Below the pieces are notes generated by a model that had not been told where the DNA came from, made no database searches, and was given only the letters and a program-made list of their open reading frames with translations. The translations under genes were made by a program, and so were the position numbers. A DNA stretch of 64,000 bases from a bacterium (GTDB lineage: Bacteria > Myxococcota_A > UBA9042). Each line of letters opens with the position of its first letter. Position 1 is the first letter of the stretch. Location of the stretch: contig JAUIAC010000002.1 of assembly GCA_030425545.1 (NCBI GenBank), positions 2,778 through 66,777 of the forward strand, read 5' to 3'. Positions 17,309 to 30,176 of the stretch are shown here, piece after piece.

Positions 17309-20300
17309 CTACTTCAGCGAGCGCGCCAACGCCTGTCGTAGCGTGACGCCCCAGGCCCGCTCCACCTCGGTGACCAGGGCGGACGGATCCCGCTCGAGGG
17401 CGGCGATGTCCCACAGCCGCACGTCGCCGTCCCAGCTGGCGGTGGTGAGGAGCTGGCCCCGCGGACCGAAGTCGACGCTGGACACCTGACGGACGTGGCC
17501 GCGCAGGGTCGCCAGCAGGGTTCGGTCCCGGACGCGCCAGACCTCACACGTCCCGTCCACCAGCCCTGCCGCCACGAGGCTGCCGCCAGGGTTCACGGCG
17601 ACGTCGAAGGTCCGACGGGCCAGATCCCCCAGCACGAAGGCGTGCGTCACCTTGGGCTGCGTGTGGCCCGGCTCCACCTCGAACACCCGCAGGCGTCGCG
17701 TCGCCGCCACGGCGAGCGTGCGCCCCTCGGGGGAGACGGCGAGCGCCGTGGCCTGCGTCGGCCCCTCGAGCTTCGCGGCGTGCAGCTGGCCGGGCGCGCT
17801 CGCCGAAGGCTCGTGGAGCGACCATACAGCCCCGCCTATGGTGGCCACCCACAGCGCGGCGCCGTCGGCCGTGCGCGACATGTCGACCACCCGCAGCGGT
17901 GCGGCCGCGGCGTCCAGGACAACGCCCGTCGCGTCGTAGGTCAGGAGTCGACGTACGAAAGCGGCGGCGACCACCCTGCCACTGGACAGCAGCGCCGCGC
18001 GCTTGTGGCCGCCAACCCCGCTGGTCCACAGCGGACGCCATGTGCGGGTGTCATACAGGCGCATGGACCTCGTGCCCGCACAGGCGACGAGCAGGGAGCG
18101 ACCATCGGGCGAGAAGCTCGCGGACTTCAGCACGCGCCGCTGCCACCGGTCGCGCAGCAGCAGCGCGCCGTCGCGGAGCGCGCGCACCTCCAGCCAGCCA
18201 TTGGCCTTGCCGATGGCCACGGTCGCCCCGTCCGGCGACAGGGCGGCAAAGGCCAGGCCGACGGGCGGACGGGCCTGGCTCAGACGGTCGACGTGGGGCG
18301 CTGACGGCAGCCGCCACACGGACACGCGACGGCCGAAGGTGGTGACAACAGCTCCCGAGGCGGACAGGCGGAGGTCGGTGACGCCGGCGCCAGGAACCCG
18401 ACCTAGCACGGCGCCGGTGCGAGCGTTCCACACCTCGACGTGCTGCTGCGTCCCCCACACCGCCACGTTGGCCCCCTGGCGCCCCACGGCCATGGCCTGC
18501 ACGCCGCCGACGTGGACGCGCCCCCGCAACACCACCCGGGAGTCTCTCAGCCGGACCACGGCCAGGTCGCCCGTGCGGCCGGCCACCACGACATGGGCGC
18601 CGTCGGGCAGCCACGCGATGGCGGCGACGCCGTTCGTCCGGTGGTCCAGCCCGGTCCGCGTCCAACCGGGCAGCGGGTTGCCCTCGAGGTCGACCACCCG
18701 CAGCCAGCCCAGGCTGCACATCACGGCGATCCGCTGTCCCTCCGGCGAGAGCCGCGCCTGAATCGCCAGCCCACCGAGGGCGCACGCGCGATGCGTCCGG
18801 CTCCCGATGGTGTCCGCCACGTACACGTCGCCATCGGACGTGCCCACGGCCTCGGAGCGGGCGCCCTGACGATCCCAGGCCATGGGCCAGGGCATCGCGT
18901 GATCGACGGCCCACAAGCGGCGCGGCATCGGCGTCCCGTCCCGTGTGGAGAGCCAGCGGGCGTGGCTGCGACGGCCCTTCGCGTAGACGCCGACGCGATC
19001 GCCAAGCAAGAGCGCGTCCCCCACCGGCGCCGCAGGATCCGCGGGCTCGGTGAGGGTGTCTGTCGGACCGACGCCGGGGATGGGGCGAACCAGCAGTGTG
19101 CCTTCGCGCGCCCGCGCACGGCGCCACCGCAGCGCCAGCGGCGCGCGATCGACCGCGCTGACCCGGGGCTGCGGCTGTCGCGCAGCGCTGGGCACGTCGT
19201 AGAAGAGCACCGCGTCCCCGGCGACGCAGAGGACGGTCGCTCCCTCCGGCCCGGGCGCGAGACGGTCGCAGGCGGGGAGCGGGTGATCCCCCACCAGCTG
19301 AGGGCGAGGCGCGACGCCGAAGCCCGCGAGGGTCCCGCGCGCCGAGGGCGACGGCGCGAGGCGGAGGGCGTTGGCGGCGAACACCTCGGCTTCGGCGCGG
19401 CGCCCGTCACGAAGCGCGGCGTCGGCCTTCTGCACCAGGGCGAGGCGCAGGTTCTCGTTGGACTGCTCCATGGTCTCACGGGTCTGCGCCTCGGCCGCGA
19501 TGGCGCGGTCGCGCTCCAGCCCCGTACGTCGGGCCGCAAACAAGCCCAGCCCCACGAGGAGGCAGGTCGCCACTGCCGCGACGACGAGCGGGCCCCGCCA
19601 CGCCCGCGCCAGGCGACGCAGCTGCTCAGCAGGGGAGTAGACATGCGCCTCGACCAGCCGGCCGTCGAGGAAGCGCGCGACGTCGTCGGCGAGCGCCTTG
19701 GCGTCGCTGTAGCGGTCCTCGGGGTCGGGGCGCAGGGCGCGCGCCACGATGGCGTAGAGGGCGCGTGGACCCGCGCGCTCGCCCAGCCACGCCGGGTCGT
19801 CAGCCCGGCGCAGCGCGATCTGGTGAAAGGCCTCGTCGGGTCGGTCGCCCGAGAGCAGCTCCCACAGCATCACCCCCAGGCTCCACACGTCGCTCCGGGC
19901 GTCGGCCACGTGTCCGAGCGCTTGCTCGGGGCTCATGTAGGCCGGCGTACCGATGACCGCGCCGACGCGGGTCACAGAGCTGTCGGGTGGCGTAGCGCTC
20001 GCCACACCCCGTGCGGCGGCCGGCGGCGTCGCACCGCCGTCGTCTTCGTCGCCGAGGCCCGCTCCGACCAGGCTGTCGCCCCCTGCTGAGCCCTCCGGGA
20101 GGTCCCGCGCCCGGCGCGCGAGCCCCCAGTCCACCACCTGCGTCTCGCCATAGGCGCCCACCATCACGTTGTCGGGCTTGAGGTCGCGGTGGACAACGCC
20201 CTTCTGGTGCGCGTAGGCCACCGCCTCGCACGCCGCCTGCAGGTGGCGCAGGAGCCGAAGGCGCGCCTGGAGGTCCGCTGCCTCCGCCAGCGCGTCCCGC

Positions 20301-20758
20301 AAGCTGCGTCCGCGGATGAGGCGCATGGTGTAATAGGGCGTCCCGTCGTCCGCCTCGCCCGCGTCGTACACCGGCACGATGGCCGGGTGCTCCAGGTAGG
20401 CCGTGATCCTGGCTTCGCGGACGAAGCGCGCGAGCAGCTCCGGCCCGCTCCCTTGCCCGACGGCGACCCGTTTGTGCGCCACCTGCCGGTCGAGCACGCG
20501 GTCGTGGGCGCTGCACACCACCCCCATGCCGCCAGCGCCGAGCTCCCCCGCGACGTCGTAGCGCTGCGCCGGATCGCGCCCCAGCGCCGTGCGTGGCGTC
20601 ACCACGTCCTCCGCCGACGTGTCCCACACTCCGCTCGGCCTCGCGCCGTGGACCACCGATCCCACGGCCCAGCCGGGCTGCGGCGAGGGCTCGGGGGCCT
20701 CGGCGGGCACGTCCCGTGGCGCGTCGCGTGGCGCGTCGTGTCGTGCGTCACCTGCCAC
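17309..20758 (-). CDS. Ser/Thr protein kinase with one transmembrane helix and an extracytoplasmic WD40/beta-propeller region.
   Basis: Kinase domain with GAGGMGVVCSAHD, HRDLKPDNV, DWGLAR and GTPAYMSPE. A transmembrane helix follows (VVAAVATCLLVGLGLFAA). The C-terminus has WD40 hallmarks (ASWDGDVRLWD). The ORF runs to 20914 but would then overlap the upstream gene by 135 nt. GTG at 20758 is the first in-frame start after the upstream stop; the start is uncertain. Confidence 0.82.
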   Translation of the reverse strand: MAGDARHDAPRDAPRDVPAEAPEPSPQPGWAVGSVVHGARPSGVWDTSAEDVVTPRTALGRDPAQRYDVAGELGAGGMGVVCSAHDRVLDRQVAHKRVAVGQGSGPELLARFVREARITAYLEHPAIVPVYDAGEADDGTPYYTMRLIRGRSLRDALAEAADLQARLRLLRHLQAACEAVAYAHQKGVVHRDLKPDNVMVGAYGETQVVDWGLARRARDLPEGSAGGDSLVGAGLGDEDDGGATPPAAARGVASATPPDSSVTRVGAVIGTPAYMSPEQALGHVADARSDVWSLGVMLWELLSGDRPDEAFHQIALRRADDPAWLGERAGPRALYAIVARALRPDPEDRYSDAKALADDVARFLDGRLVEAHVYSPAEQLRRLARAWRGPLVVAAVATCLLVGLGLFAARRTGLERDRAIAAEAQTRETMEQSNENLRLALVQKADAALRDGRRAEAEVFAANALRLAPSPSARGTLAGFGVAPRPQLVGDHPLPACDRLAPGPEGATVLCVAGDAVLFYDVPSAARQPQPRVSAVDRAPLALRWRRARAREGTLLVRPIPGVGPTDTLTEPADPAAPVGDALLLGDRVGVYAKGRRSHARWLSTRDGTPMPRRLWAVDHAMPWPMAWDRQGARSEAVGTSDGDVYVADTIGSRTHRACALGGLAIQARLSPEGQRIAVMCSLGWLRVVDLEGNPLPGWTRTGLDHRTNGVAAIAWLPDGAHVVVAGRTGDLAVVRLRDSRVVLRGRVHVGGVQAMAVGRQGANVAVWGTQQHVEVWNARTGAVLGRVPGAGVTDLRLSASGAVVTTFGRRVSVWRLPSAPHVDRLSQARPPVGLAFAALSPDGATVAIGKANGWLEVRALRDGALLLRDRWQRRVLKSASFSPDGRSLLVACAGTRSMRLYDTRTWRPLWTSGVGGHKRAALLSSGRVVAAAFVRRLLTYDATGVVLDAAAAPLRVVDMSRTADGAALWVATIGGAVWSLHEPSASAPGQLHAAKLEGPTQATALAVSPEGRTLAVAATRRLRVFEVEPGHTQPKVTHAFVLGDLARRTFDVAVNPGGSLVAAGLVDGTCEVWRVRDRTLLATLRGHVRQVSSVDFGPRGQLLTTASWDGDVRLWDIAALERDPSALVTEVERAWGVTLRQALARSLK

Positions 20759-20778
20759 GTCGCGGGGAGGCTCGCGGC

Positions 20779-21693
20779 TCACGTGTGGTCTTGCACGCGG
20801 TCGTCGCCATAGAGCAGCAGCTCGACCGTCCCGCGGCCCCCCGCACGGACCAGGTCCGTGCGCACGCCGGCCCCACGCAGCTTGCGCCGCAGCCGGTTGA
20901 GGTTGACGTCCCACTTGCGGCGCAAGGCGATCCGGTCGGGCTCCTTGGGCCAGATCTCGCCCGCCAGCACGGCCCAGCCAACCGGGCCGTCCACGGCCAC
21001 GAGCTCGGAGACGATGCGCGCCGCGATGCCGTCGAGCGCCAGGGCTGGCTGCCCGTCTTGCAGGATGTGGGCCGTGTCGTAGCGCGCGACGAGCGTGAGC
21101 GGCCGCCGCAGCGCACCCTCGAGCTGGGTCGCCCCCTGCGCCAGACGCGCGAGAGGCACCGCCACGGCGCTCACCGTCACGCCCTCGATGTCGAACACGT
21201 CGCCCTCGTGAAGCTCGAGCGCGGGCTCACGGCGGGCGGCGCCGTCGCGGGTCTGGAGCACCCAAGCCTGCCCGGTGTTCCAGATATGGGCGCTCGCTGT
21301 GGCCCGGTAGCGCGGCACCAGCGCCGGCGCCGGCTCGAGCACGAGGCTGGTGGTCCCGGCGAGCACCTGACGCAGCTCTCCCCCGACGTCGATGGCCAGC
21401 ACGCGCTCCGGCAGCGCGACGTCGACGACGTGCAGCCCGAGCCCAGGCGCCATCTCCACGTCGAGCCCCGGTGTGAGGGTGACCTCGTTCACCGGCCGGC
21501 CAGCGACCGCGAACATGCCCCGCAGCGCCAGCAACTTCAGGTCCTTGCCGCGCAGGCTGACCATGGCGTGAGCCTCGGAGATGCGGGCGTCGCTCAGGTG
21601 CAGGGCCGCTGTGGTGAGCCGACCGATGAGGTCGCCCGGCACAAGCGACGCGACGGTGCCGTCGGGCAGTCGGAGACGAACGTGAGCGTGCAT
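20779..21693 (-). CDS. Regulator with an N-terminal FHA-like domain and a C-terminal OmpR/PhoB-type winged-helix DNA-binding domain.
   Basis: N-terminal region GDLIGRLTTAALHLSDARISEAHAMVSLRG fits the FHA pattern GR....D..SR.HA. C-terminal region IWPKEPDRIALRRKWDVNLNRLRRKLRGAGVRTDLVRAGGRGTVELLL matches the trans_reg_C consensus. Confidence 0.62.
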   Translation of the reverse strand: MHAHVRLRLPDGTVASLVPGDLIGRLTTAALHLSDARISEAHAMVSLRGKDLKLLALRGMFAVAGRPVNEVTLTPGLDVEMAPGLGLHVVDVALPERVLAIDVGGELRQVLAGTTSLVLEPAPALVPRYRATASAHIWNTGQAWVLQTRDGAARREPALELHEGDVFDIEGVTVSAVAVPLARLAQGATQLEGALRRPLTLVARYDTAHILQDGQPALALDGIAARIVSELVAVDGPVGWAVLAGEIWPKEPDRIALRRKWDVNLNRLRRKLRGAGVRTDLVRAGGRGTVELLLYGDDRVQDHT

Positions 21694-22023
21694 GGCGAAG
21701 ACCCAGGTCCTGACGGGGAGGAGGTGGGCGCGGACGTCGCGCGGGGAAGCGCGGCCACCGCCGACGAGCGTCGCAGTCTGGTCGCCACCAGGGGACGTGG
21801 CAAGGCGAGCTCCCGTGCCCAGCGGCGCCGGGAGGTGGCGCGAGCGGCCGCGTTGGCGAGGGCAGAGGGCCCGTCGCCGGGCGTCAGGTGGTGCAAGCGT
21901 GCTCCATAAGTGGCTGCAATGTTGGGTGCATGCCGGGGGCCATGTAGACTGTCTCGGTCACATCGACCGCCAGAGCCGCCGGGGCACACCAGCCCGCCGC
22001 GCGCTGCCGAAGGAGCCCCTGCC

Positions 22024-22938
22024 ATGCGACCCACCTCGTTGAAACGCCGGTCTACCTTCCGTCTGTCCCACCGCCATGCCGCCGGGCCCCGCGGCGTCCG
22101 CGCGCGGCCCACCCGAGACCTCACCGCGCCAGCGACGGCCTGGCTCTGTGCGTTCGGCCTAGTCGCGGCGCTGGGCGGCTGCACCCCGGAAGAGAAGGGC
22201 CCCGAGCTGCCGCCCGAGGCGTCGATGACCGTCGACGTGAGCGCGTTCAAGGCCGGCGCCGCCAGCGGAAAGACGGACGGCACCGGCACCGGCGACACGT
22301 CCCACGCCGCAAACGCCTGGACGCGCGTGGCGTGGCTCAACACCGCCGTCGTGGTCGGCCTGGCCGCGCCCAGGCTGGCGCTGCGCGCCGCGCTCAGCCA
22401 GCGCCCCTCCTTCGCCAATGGCGCGTGGAACTGGCTCTTCAACGTCAAGGCAGGCGGCGACACCCTCGCCGCCGATCTGACCGGGCGCTTCGGCAACAAC
22501 GCGGTGTCGGGCAGCGACCTCGATCTCGAGATGCGCCTGACCTGCACCGGCTGCAAGGTCCCCACGGACAACTTCCTCTGGTACACCGGGCGCTTCGACA
22601 GCGGTGCGCGCTCGGGACAGTGGCAGCTCTTCCATCCCGACATCGCGCAGGACGACAAGACCTTCGTGCACATCGCGTGGGAGATCACCGACCCGACGCA
22701 CAAGACGCTGACGTTCACGAACAAGCGCACCGACGGACACGCCGACGCTGGCGACGTCATTCAGTACCTGCGCGACGGCGACGCGCTGAGCGTGACGGTG
22801 CACGACGCGGACAAGGCGCTGGACTACACCGCGGAGATCTCCGTCGCCACGGGCGCGGGTTGGCTGCAGGTCCCCGGCTACAACAAGGGCGAGAAGGCGT
22901 GCTGGGACAGTGAGCGGGTCAACACCCCGTGCCCGTAG
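22024..22938 (+). CDS. Hypothetical lipoprotein.
   Basis: MRPTSLKRRSTFRL...WLCAFGLVAALGGC is a lipobox signal. ORF 21910..22938 is trimmed to the first ATG before the signal peptide. No recognised domain. The antisense ORF 21594..22760 is rejected. Confidence 0.55.
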   Translation: MRPTSLKRRSTFRLSHRHAAGPRGVRARPTRDLTAPATAWLCAFGLVAALGGCTPEEKGPELPPEASMTVDVSAFKAGAASGKTDGTGTGDTSHAANAWTRVAWLNTAVVVGLAAPRLALRAALSQRPSFANGAWNWLFNVKAGGDTLAADLTGRFGNNAVSGSDLDLEMRLTCTGCKVPTDNFLWYTGRFDSGARSGQWQLFHPDIAQDDKTFVHIAWEITDPTHKTLTFTNKRTDGHADAGDVIQYLRDGDALSVTVHDADKALDYTAEISVATGAGWLQVPGYNKGEKACWDSERVNTPCP

Positions 22939-23028
22939 TGCGCGTCGGACCCGCGGTGTGCGTCGGACCCGCAGTGTGCGTTGGACCCGCATTGTGCGTT
23001 GGACCCGCAGTGTGCGTCAGACCCGCAG
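22939..23028. repeat. Tandem repeat of 18 bp, five copies (gtgcgcgtcggacccgcg-like), directly after the lipoprotein stop codon.
   Basis: Read from the sequence: gtgcgcgtcggacccgcg / gtgtgcgtcggacccgca / gtgtgcgttggacccgca / ttgtgcgttggacccgca / gtgtgcgtcagacccgca. Confidence 0.8.
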
Positions 23029-23074
23029 GGCGCGTCGCCGCCTGAGGACTGCCGCGACCGCCACACACGCCGGT

Positions 23075-23118
23075 GCGTCAGGCGTCGGGGCGTCGGGGCG
23101 TCGGGGCGTCGGGGCTTC
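23075..23118. repeat. Tandem repeat of 9 bp, four to five copies (gcgtcgggg).
   Basis: Read from the sequence: cgtcaggcgtcggggcgtcggggcgtcggggcgtcggggc, lying between two convergent genes. Confidence 0.75.
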
Positions 23119-23131
23119 AGTCATCGGGGCG

Positions 23132-25455
23132 TCACTCGTCGATGCGCAGGTCGCGGTCGTCACGGGCTCGGAGCAGCGCGCGCAGCGCTCCGACATCGAG
23201 CGCGCCGTCGGGCCGCTGCAGCACCGCTGCGGCGGCCGCCGGTCCACGAGCGGTGCCCGGATCGGCCCCGCTGGCGGCAACCCCAGGACCTTGGGTCACG
23301 GCGGGCACGCGAGCGTCGCGTGGACGGCCGCCCTCGTCCAAGGTCGCGGCGACCAGGCGTCGCACGGCGGCCGCGCGGGCGGCCTTCGACGCGCTGGCGT
23401 CGAAGCCGATCGGGTCCGCTCCAAGCGCGCGCAAGCTGCGCGCCGCGGTGCGGCGCACCGCGGCGTAGGGGTCGTCGAGGGCCAGGGTCAGCAGCGGCAC
23501 CTGCCAGTCGCGGCCCGAGATCGCCAGCGCCGGACCCCAGGCCAGGTGCCAGGCTGCGAGGGCGCGGAGCCCCGGCTCGCCTGAGAGCAGCCACCGCACG
23601 GACGCTGCCACGCGCGTCGGTGGCGGCGCCGCCCCCTGCCCCGTGGCGTGGCCGTCAGCCGGCCTGGGTGTCCGGAAGCGCTCCGGCCACCAGCGCCCCA
23701 TGGCCGCGACGCTCCAGTCGAGCGGCCGGTCGAGGTGGCACAGGTTGCACGCCAGGGGCCGGCCTGCGGCGTGATCCGCGCTTGGATCCGGCACGCGAAT
23801 CTCATGGTCACGGGTCGCCTTGAGCAGGCTCCAGGCCGTGTTCGGCATGTGACAGCTCTGGCAGCGCGCGCCGCTGCTCGCCGCGGGATGGTGGCTGTGG
23901 TCGGCCTTCGCGCGCTCGGACGCGAGCGTCGTGTGGCACCCCACACACGCGGCGTCGCCTCGCGCGCCCGGGCGCAACTGGTCGTCGCGCCAGTGGGTGA
24001 GGTGCCCACCGACCGGCACGGCCTCGATGCGCGCGGCAGCCAGGGCAGCCGGCTGCGGATCCGTGGCCCCAGCGAGGCGCGTCGACCGGCCCGGCGCCGA
24101 GCTCCCGTCGCCAGCCACCGGTCCGACCGGGGCGGCGCCGGCGTCGTGCAGGCTGTGACACCCAGCGCAGCCCAAGGTGCCCTGCTGGTAGCAGCGCGAG
24201 CGACGCAGGGCGCTGTACTCCCGCCCCGCCACGCGCAGCCCGCCGTCCCGCCAGAACAGGCCATGCAGCGGCCACCGCGGGTCGTCGGCGTGCGCGCGCT
24301 GGTCCTCCCCGGTGAGCAGCTTCGCGTGGTCTGCCAGCGCGGCGCCGGGGCGAAAGCTGCGCCCCTGCTCGTGCACGGCGTCGAAGCGGTCTGGATCGTC
24401 GACGACCACCCCATGGCACTGGCCACACACCTGCGACCCGCGCCGGTGGTCAAGCCGACCCGGGTGGACGATGCCGTCTGGGCTCGCGCCCGCTGCGGCG
24501 CGTGGTTTGCGTGTGCCGAACAGGCGCGCGACGCGGGCGGCATAGCGCGCCCACGGCGCCCGAAAACGAGCGATGTGGCGGCCAGCGGGGCCGTGGCAGG
24601 ACTCACAGGCGATGCCGTGCTCGACCACGTCAGAGTCCCCGAATCGGGCCCTCGGCTGCGTGGTGTGGCACTGGATGCAGCTCGCGTTCCACAGCCCGGC
24701 AGAGCGATCCTCCACGGGGCCCTCCTCGCGCTCGATGTCGTGCGCCGGCTGCACAAAGATGTCGTCGAAGGGCACCCACCGCGCCGCCCGACGCAGCCAC
24801 ACCACCGGCGCCAAGGCCAGCTTGCGCGCCTCGCCCGCGGCCAGCCAGTAGGCCTGCTGGTGGTGCGAGCCGGTCATGAGCACCACCCGACGTCGCACCG
24901 GAGGGGCGTCTGGGCTCCCGGGCACCCCCAGGTCGAAGAAGTAGGCGTCGCCCTCGCGCACGGGGCGAACCACGCGGTCGGGCAGCCGCAGCGGCGCTCC
25001 GTCGAAGCGCCCGAGCACGCGCCCCGGCTCGGGCCTCTGGGTCATGGTGCTGTGGTGGGAGCGGCGCCACGAGGCGAACGCGGCGGGGTGACAGGTCCGG
25101 CACGCGGCGGATCCCACGAAGCCGTCCTCGCGGGCGCCCTGCCCCGCCACGACGAGCGGCTCGTCGCTGGGCGGCGCGCGCGGCGTCGGCGTCGGCGCCA
25201 GCCCGGCGACGGCCGCCAGGATCAGCGCGCACACCGCCGCGCCCGCGCGCCAACGGCCGCGAGCCACCGCCACCGCCGCCAGGGCCAGCGCCGCGCCCGC
25301 CCAGAGCGCCGCTTGGACCCAGGCTTCGTCGGTCGTGGGCAAGGCCGCTGAGACAGCTGCGCCGCTCCGCAGCGTGCGCCAGCCGGTTGCTTCGCTTCGG
25401 CCAAGGGGCGCGCAGGCCCAACTGCGGCCTGCGCTGTCGGCTGGCCGAGGCAGCA

Positions 25456-25456
<1 letters not shown>
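23132..25456 (-). CDS. Octaheme c-type cytochrome with an N-terminal membrane anchor and C-terminal HEAT-like (PBS lyase-type) repeats.
   Basis: Eight CxxCH motifs: CRTCH, CIQCH, CESCH, CGQCH, CAGCH, CVGCH, CQSCH and CNLCH. The N-terminus has hydrophobic helices. C-terminal DPYAAVRRTAARSLRALG is a HEAT-like repeat. Its ATG overlaps the RND permease stop as TGATG. Confidence 0.82.
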
Positions 25457-28799
<3,343 letters not shown>

Positions 28800-28803
<4 letters not shown>

Positions 28804-30176
28804 CGCTGAGCCTCCGCCTGGCCCGAGTCGGCCCGCGCGGGTCGCCCTGCCGCTGGGCCTTCGCCGCGTGGGGCCGACGCGCTGCTGGGGGCGCCGGGCT
28901 TTGGCGCGGCAGGCTTGGCCGGGGCCGCCTTGGTGCGCTCGCCTGCAGGCCCCGCTGCCGGCGCTGCCTTCTCTGTGGTGCTGGCCGCCTTGACGCGGGC
29001 GTCGCCGCGTACGCGCAGCGCCATGCCGGGCAGCGGGCTCGGGATGCGGCTGGTCACGACACGGTCCCCGTCCTGCAGGCCCTCGCGCACCAGCACGGTC
29101 CGCTTCTCGCGCCAGGCGATGCGGACCGGGCGCTCGTCGAGCTTGCCGTCCTTGGCCACCCACACCCGGTCCCCTTCACGCAGCGCGAGGCGCGGCAGCG
29201 GGATCACGTTGTCCAGCGAGCGCCCCTCGATCTCGACACGCACGTAGGACCCGAGCAGCAGCGGCAGCCAGGGCTGGCCGTCCGCGACGCCGGGCGGCGC
29301 GTCGAGCGGGTCGTCCACCGCCACCACGAGCCGCGCCATGCGGCCGTTGGGATCCAGGTCCGAGAGCAGACGCACCACCCGGCCCGCGCGCGCGAGCGTG
29401 GTCTCGTCCTCGCGCTGCTGGAGCACGCGCACCCGGGCCCCCTCCTTGGCGTTGAGCCCAGGCACCCGAATCGACGGCAGCTGCCCCACCGGCACGGACA
29501 CGTTGACGAAGAAGCGGCGCGTGTCCACCAGCGTGGCGATGGGCGACGCCGGCGACACCAGCTGACCCAAGGCCGCTCGCTTCTCTCGGACGATGCAGTC
29601 GAAGGGCGCCTTGACCGCCGTGCGCGTGAGGTTGAGCCGCGCCTGATCCAGCGCCACCTCGGCCTGCGCGATGCGCGCCCGCGCCGCCTCCTTCTGCGGC
29701 TTGCGCAGCGACAGCGCCTTGCCGGCCGCGGTTGTGCGCACCCGGCTGCCGAGCATCTTCCACTCCTGCTTCGCCAGCTCAGCGCGACCGCGCTCCATGG
29801 TCAACTCGACCTTGGCGGCGGTGACCGCGGCGCGCCGCTGCTTGATCGCCAGACGCAGGTCCCGCGTGTCCAGATGCACCAGCTCGTCGCCCTGCTTGAA
29901 CCGACGCCCCACCTCGAACGCGTCCGCCTCCGAGCGGATCACCCCCGAGATCTCGGGCTGCAGCATCACCGTGCGCTCGGGCACGACCGAGCCCGTGGCC
30001 TCGACGACCACCTTGCGGCTGCCGCTGTGGACGGTGACCACGTCAACGAGCATCGCCTCTTTGCGCGGCTTGGCGCGCTTGGCCTTGGGGCGCGACTTGA
30101 CCATCTTCACGGCCACGCCGACGCCGACACCGACCACCAGCAGAGGCAGGAGAAACTTGAGGATCGTGCGCATCAT
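28800..30176 (-). CDS. RND efflux periplasmic adaptor (HlyD family membrane fusion protein).
   Basis: N-terminal transmembrane anchor MMRTILKFLLPLLVVGVGVGVAV. Coiled-coil and beta-barrel signature regions follow. The C-terminus is Ala/Pro-rich. Start overlaps the outer-membrane-factor stop. Confidence 0.9.

Noticed and set aside
21594-22760. A 388 aa minus-strand ORF that would overlap the FHA-regulator gene and the lipoprotein gene.
   Set aside because: It is antisense to a lipoprotein ORF that has a clear lipobox. The product is Ser/Pro/Ala/Arg-rich with no domain, and it overlaps the upstream gene by 100 nt.
22939-23118. Considered whether the short tandem repeats here, at 40939..41076 and elsewhere could be a CRISPR array.
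   Set aside because: The units are directly adjacent with no unique spacers, are 9 to 24 bp long and no cas genes are nearby. They are minisatellites.
28804-29163. A 120 aa Arg/Gly-rich N-terminal extension of the RND permease ORF. Similar upstream extensions occur on the OMF, GT, M20, thioredoxin-like and other ORFs.
   Set aside because: The extensions overlap the upstream genes and are low complexity. In each case an internal ATG or GTG gives a canonical N-terminus, often with ATGA stop/start overlap.
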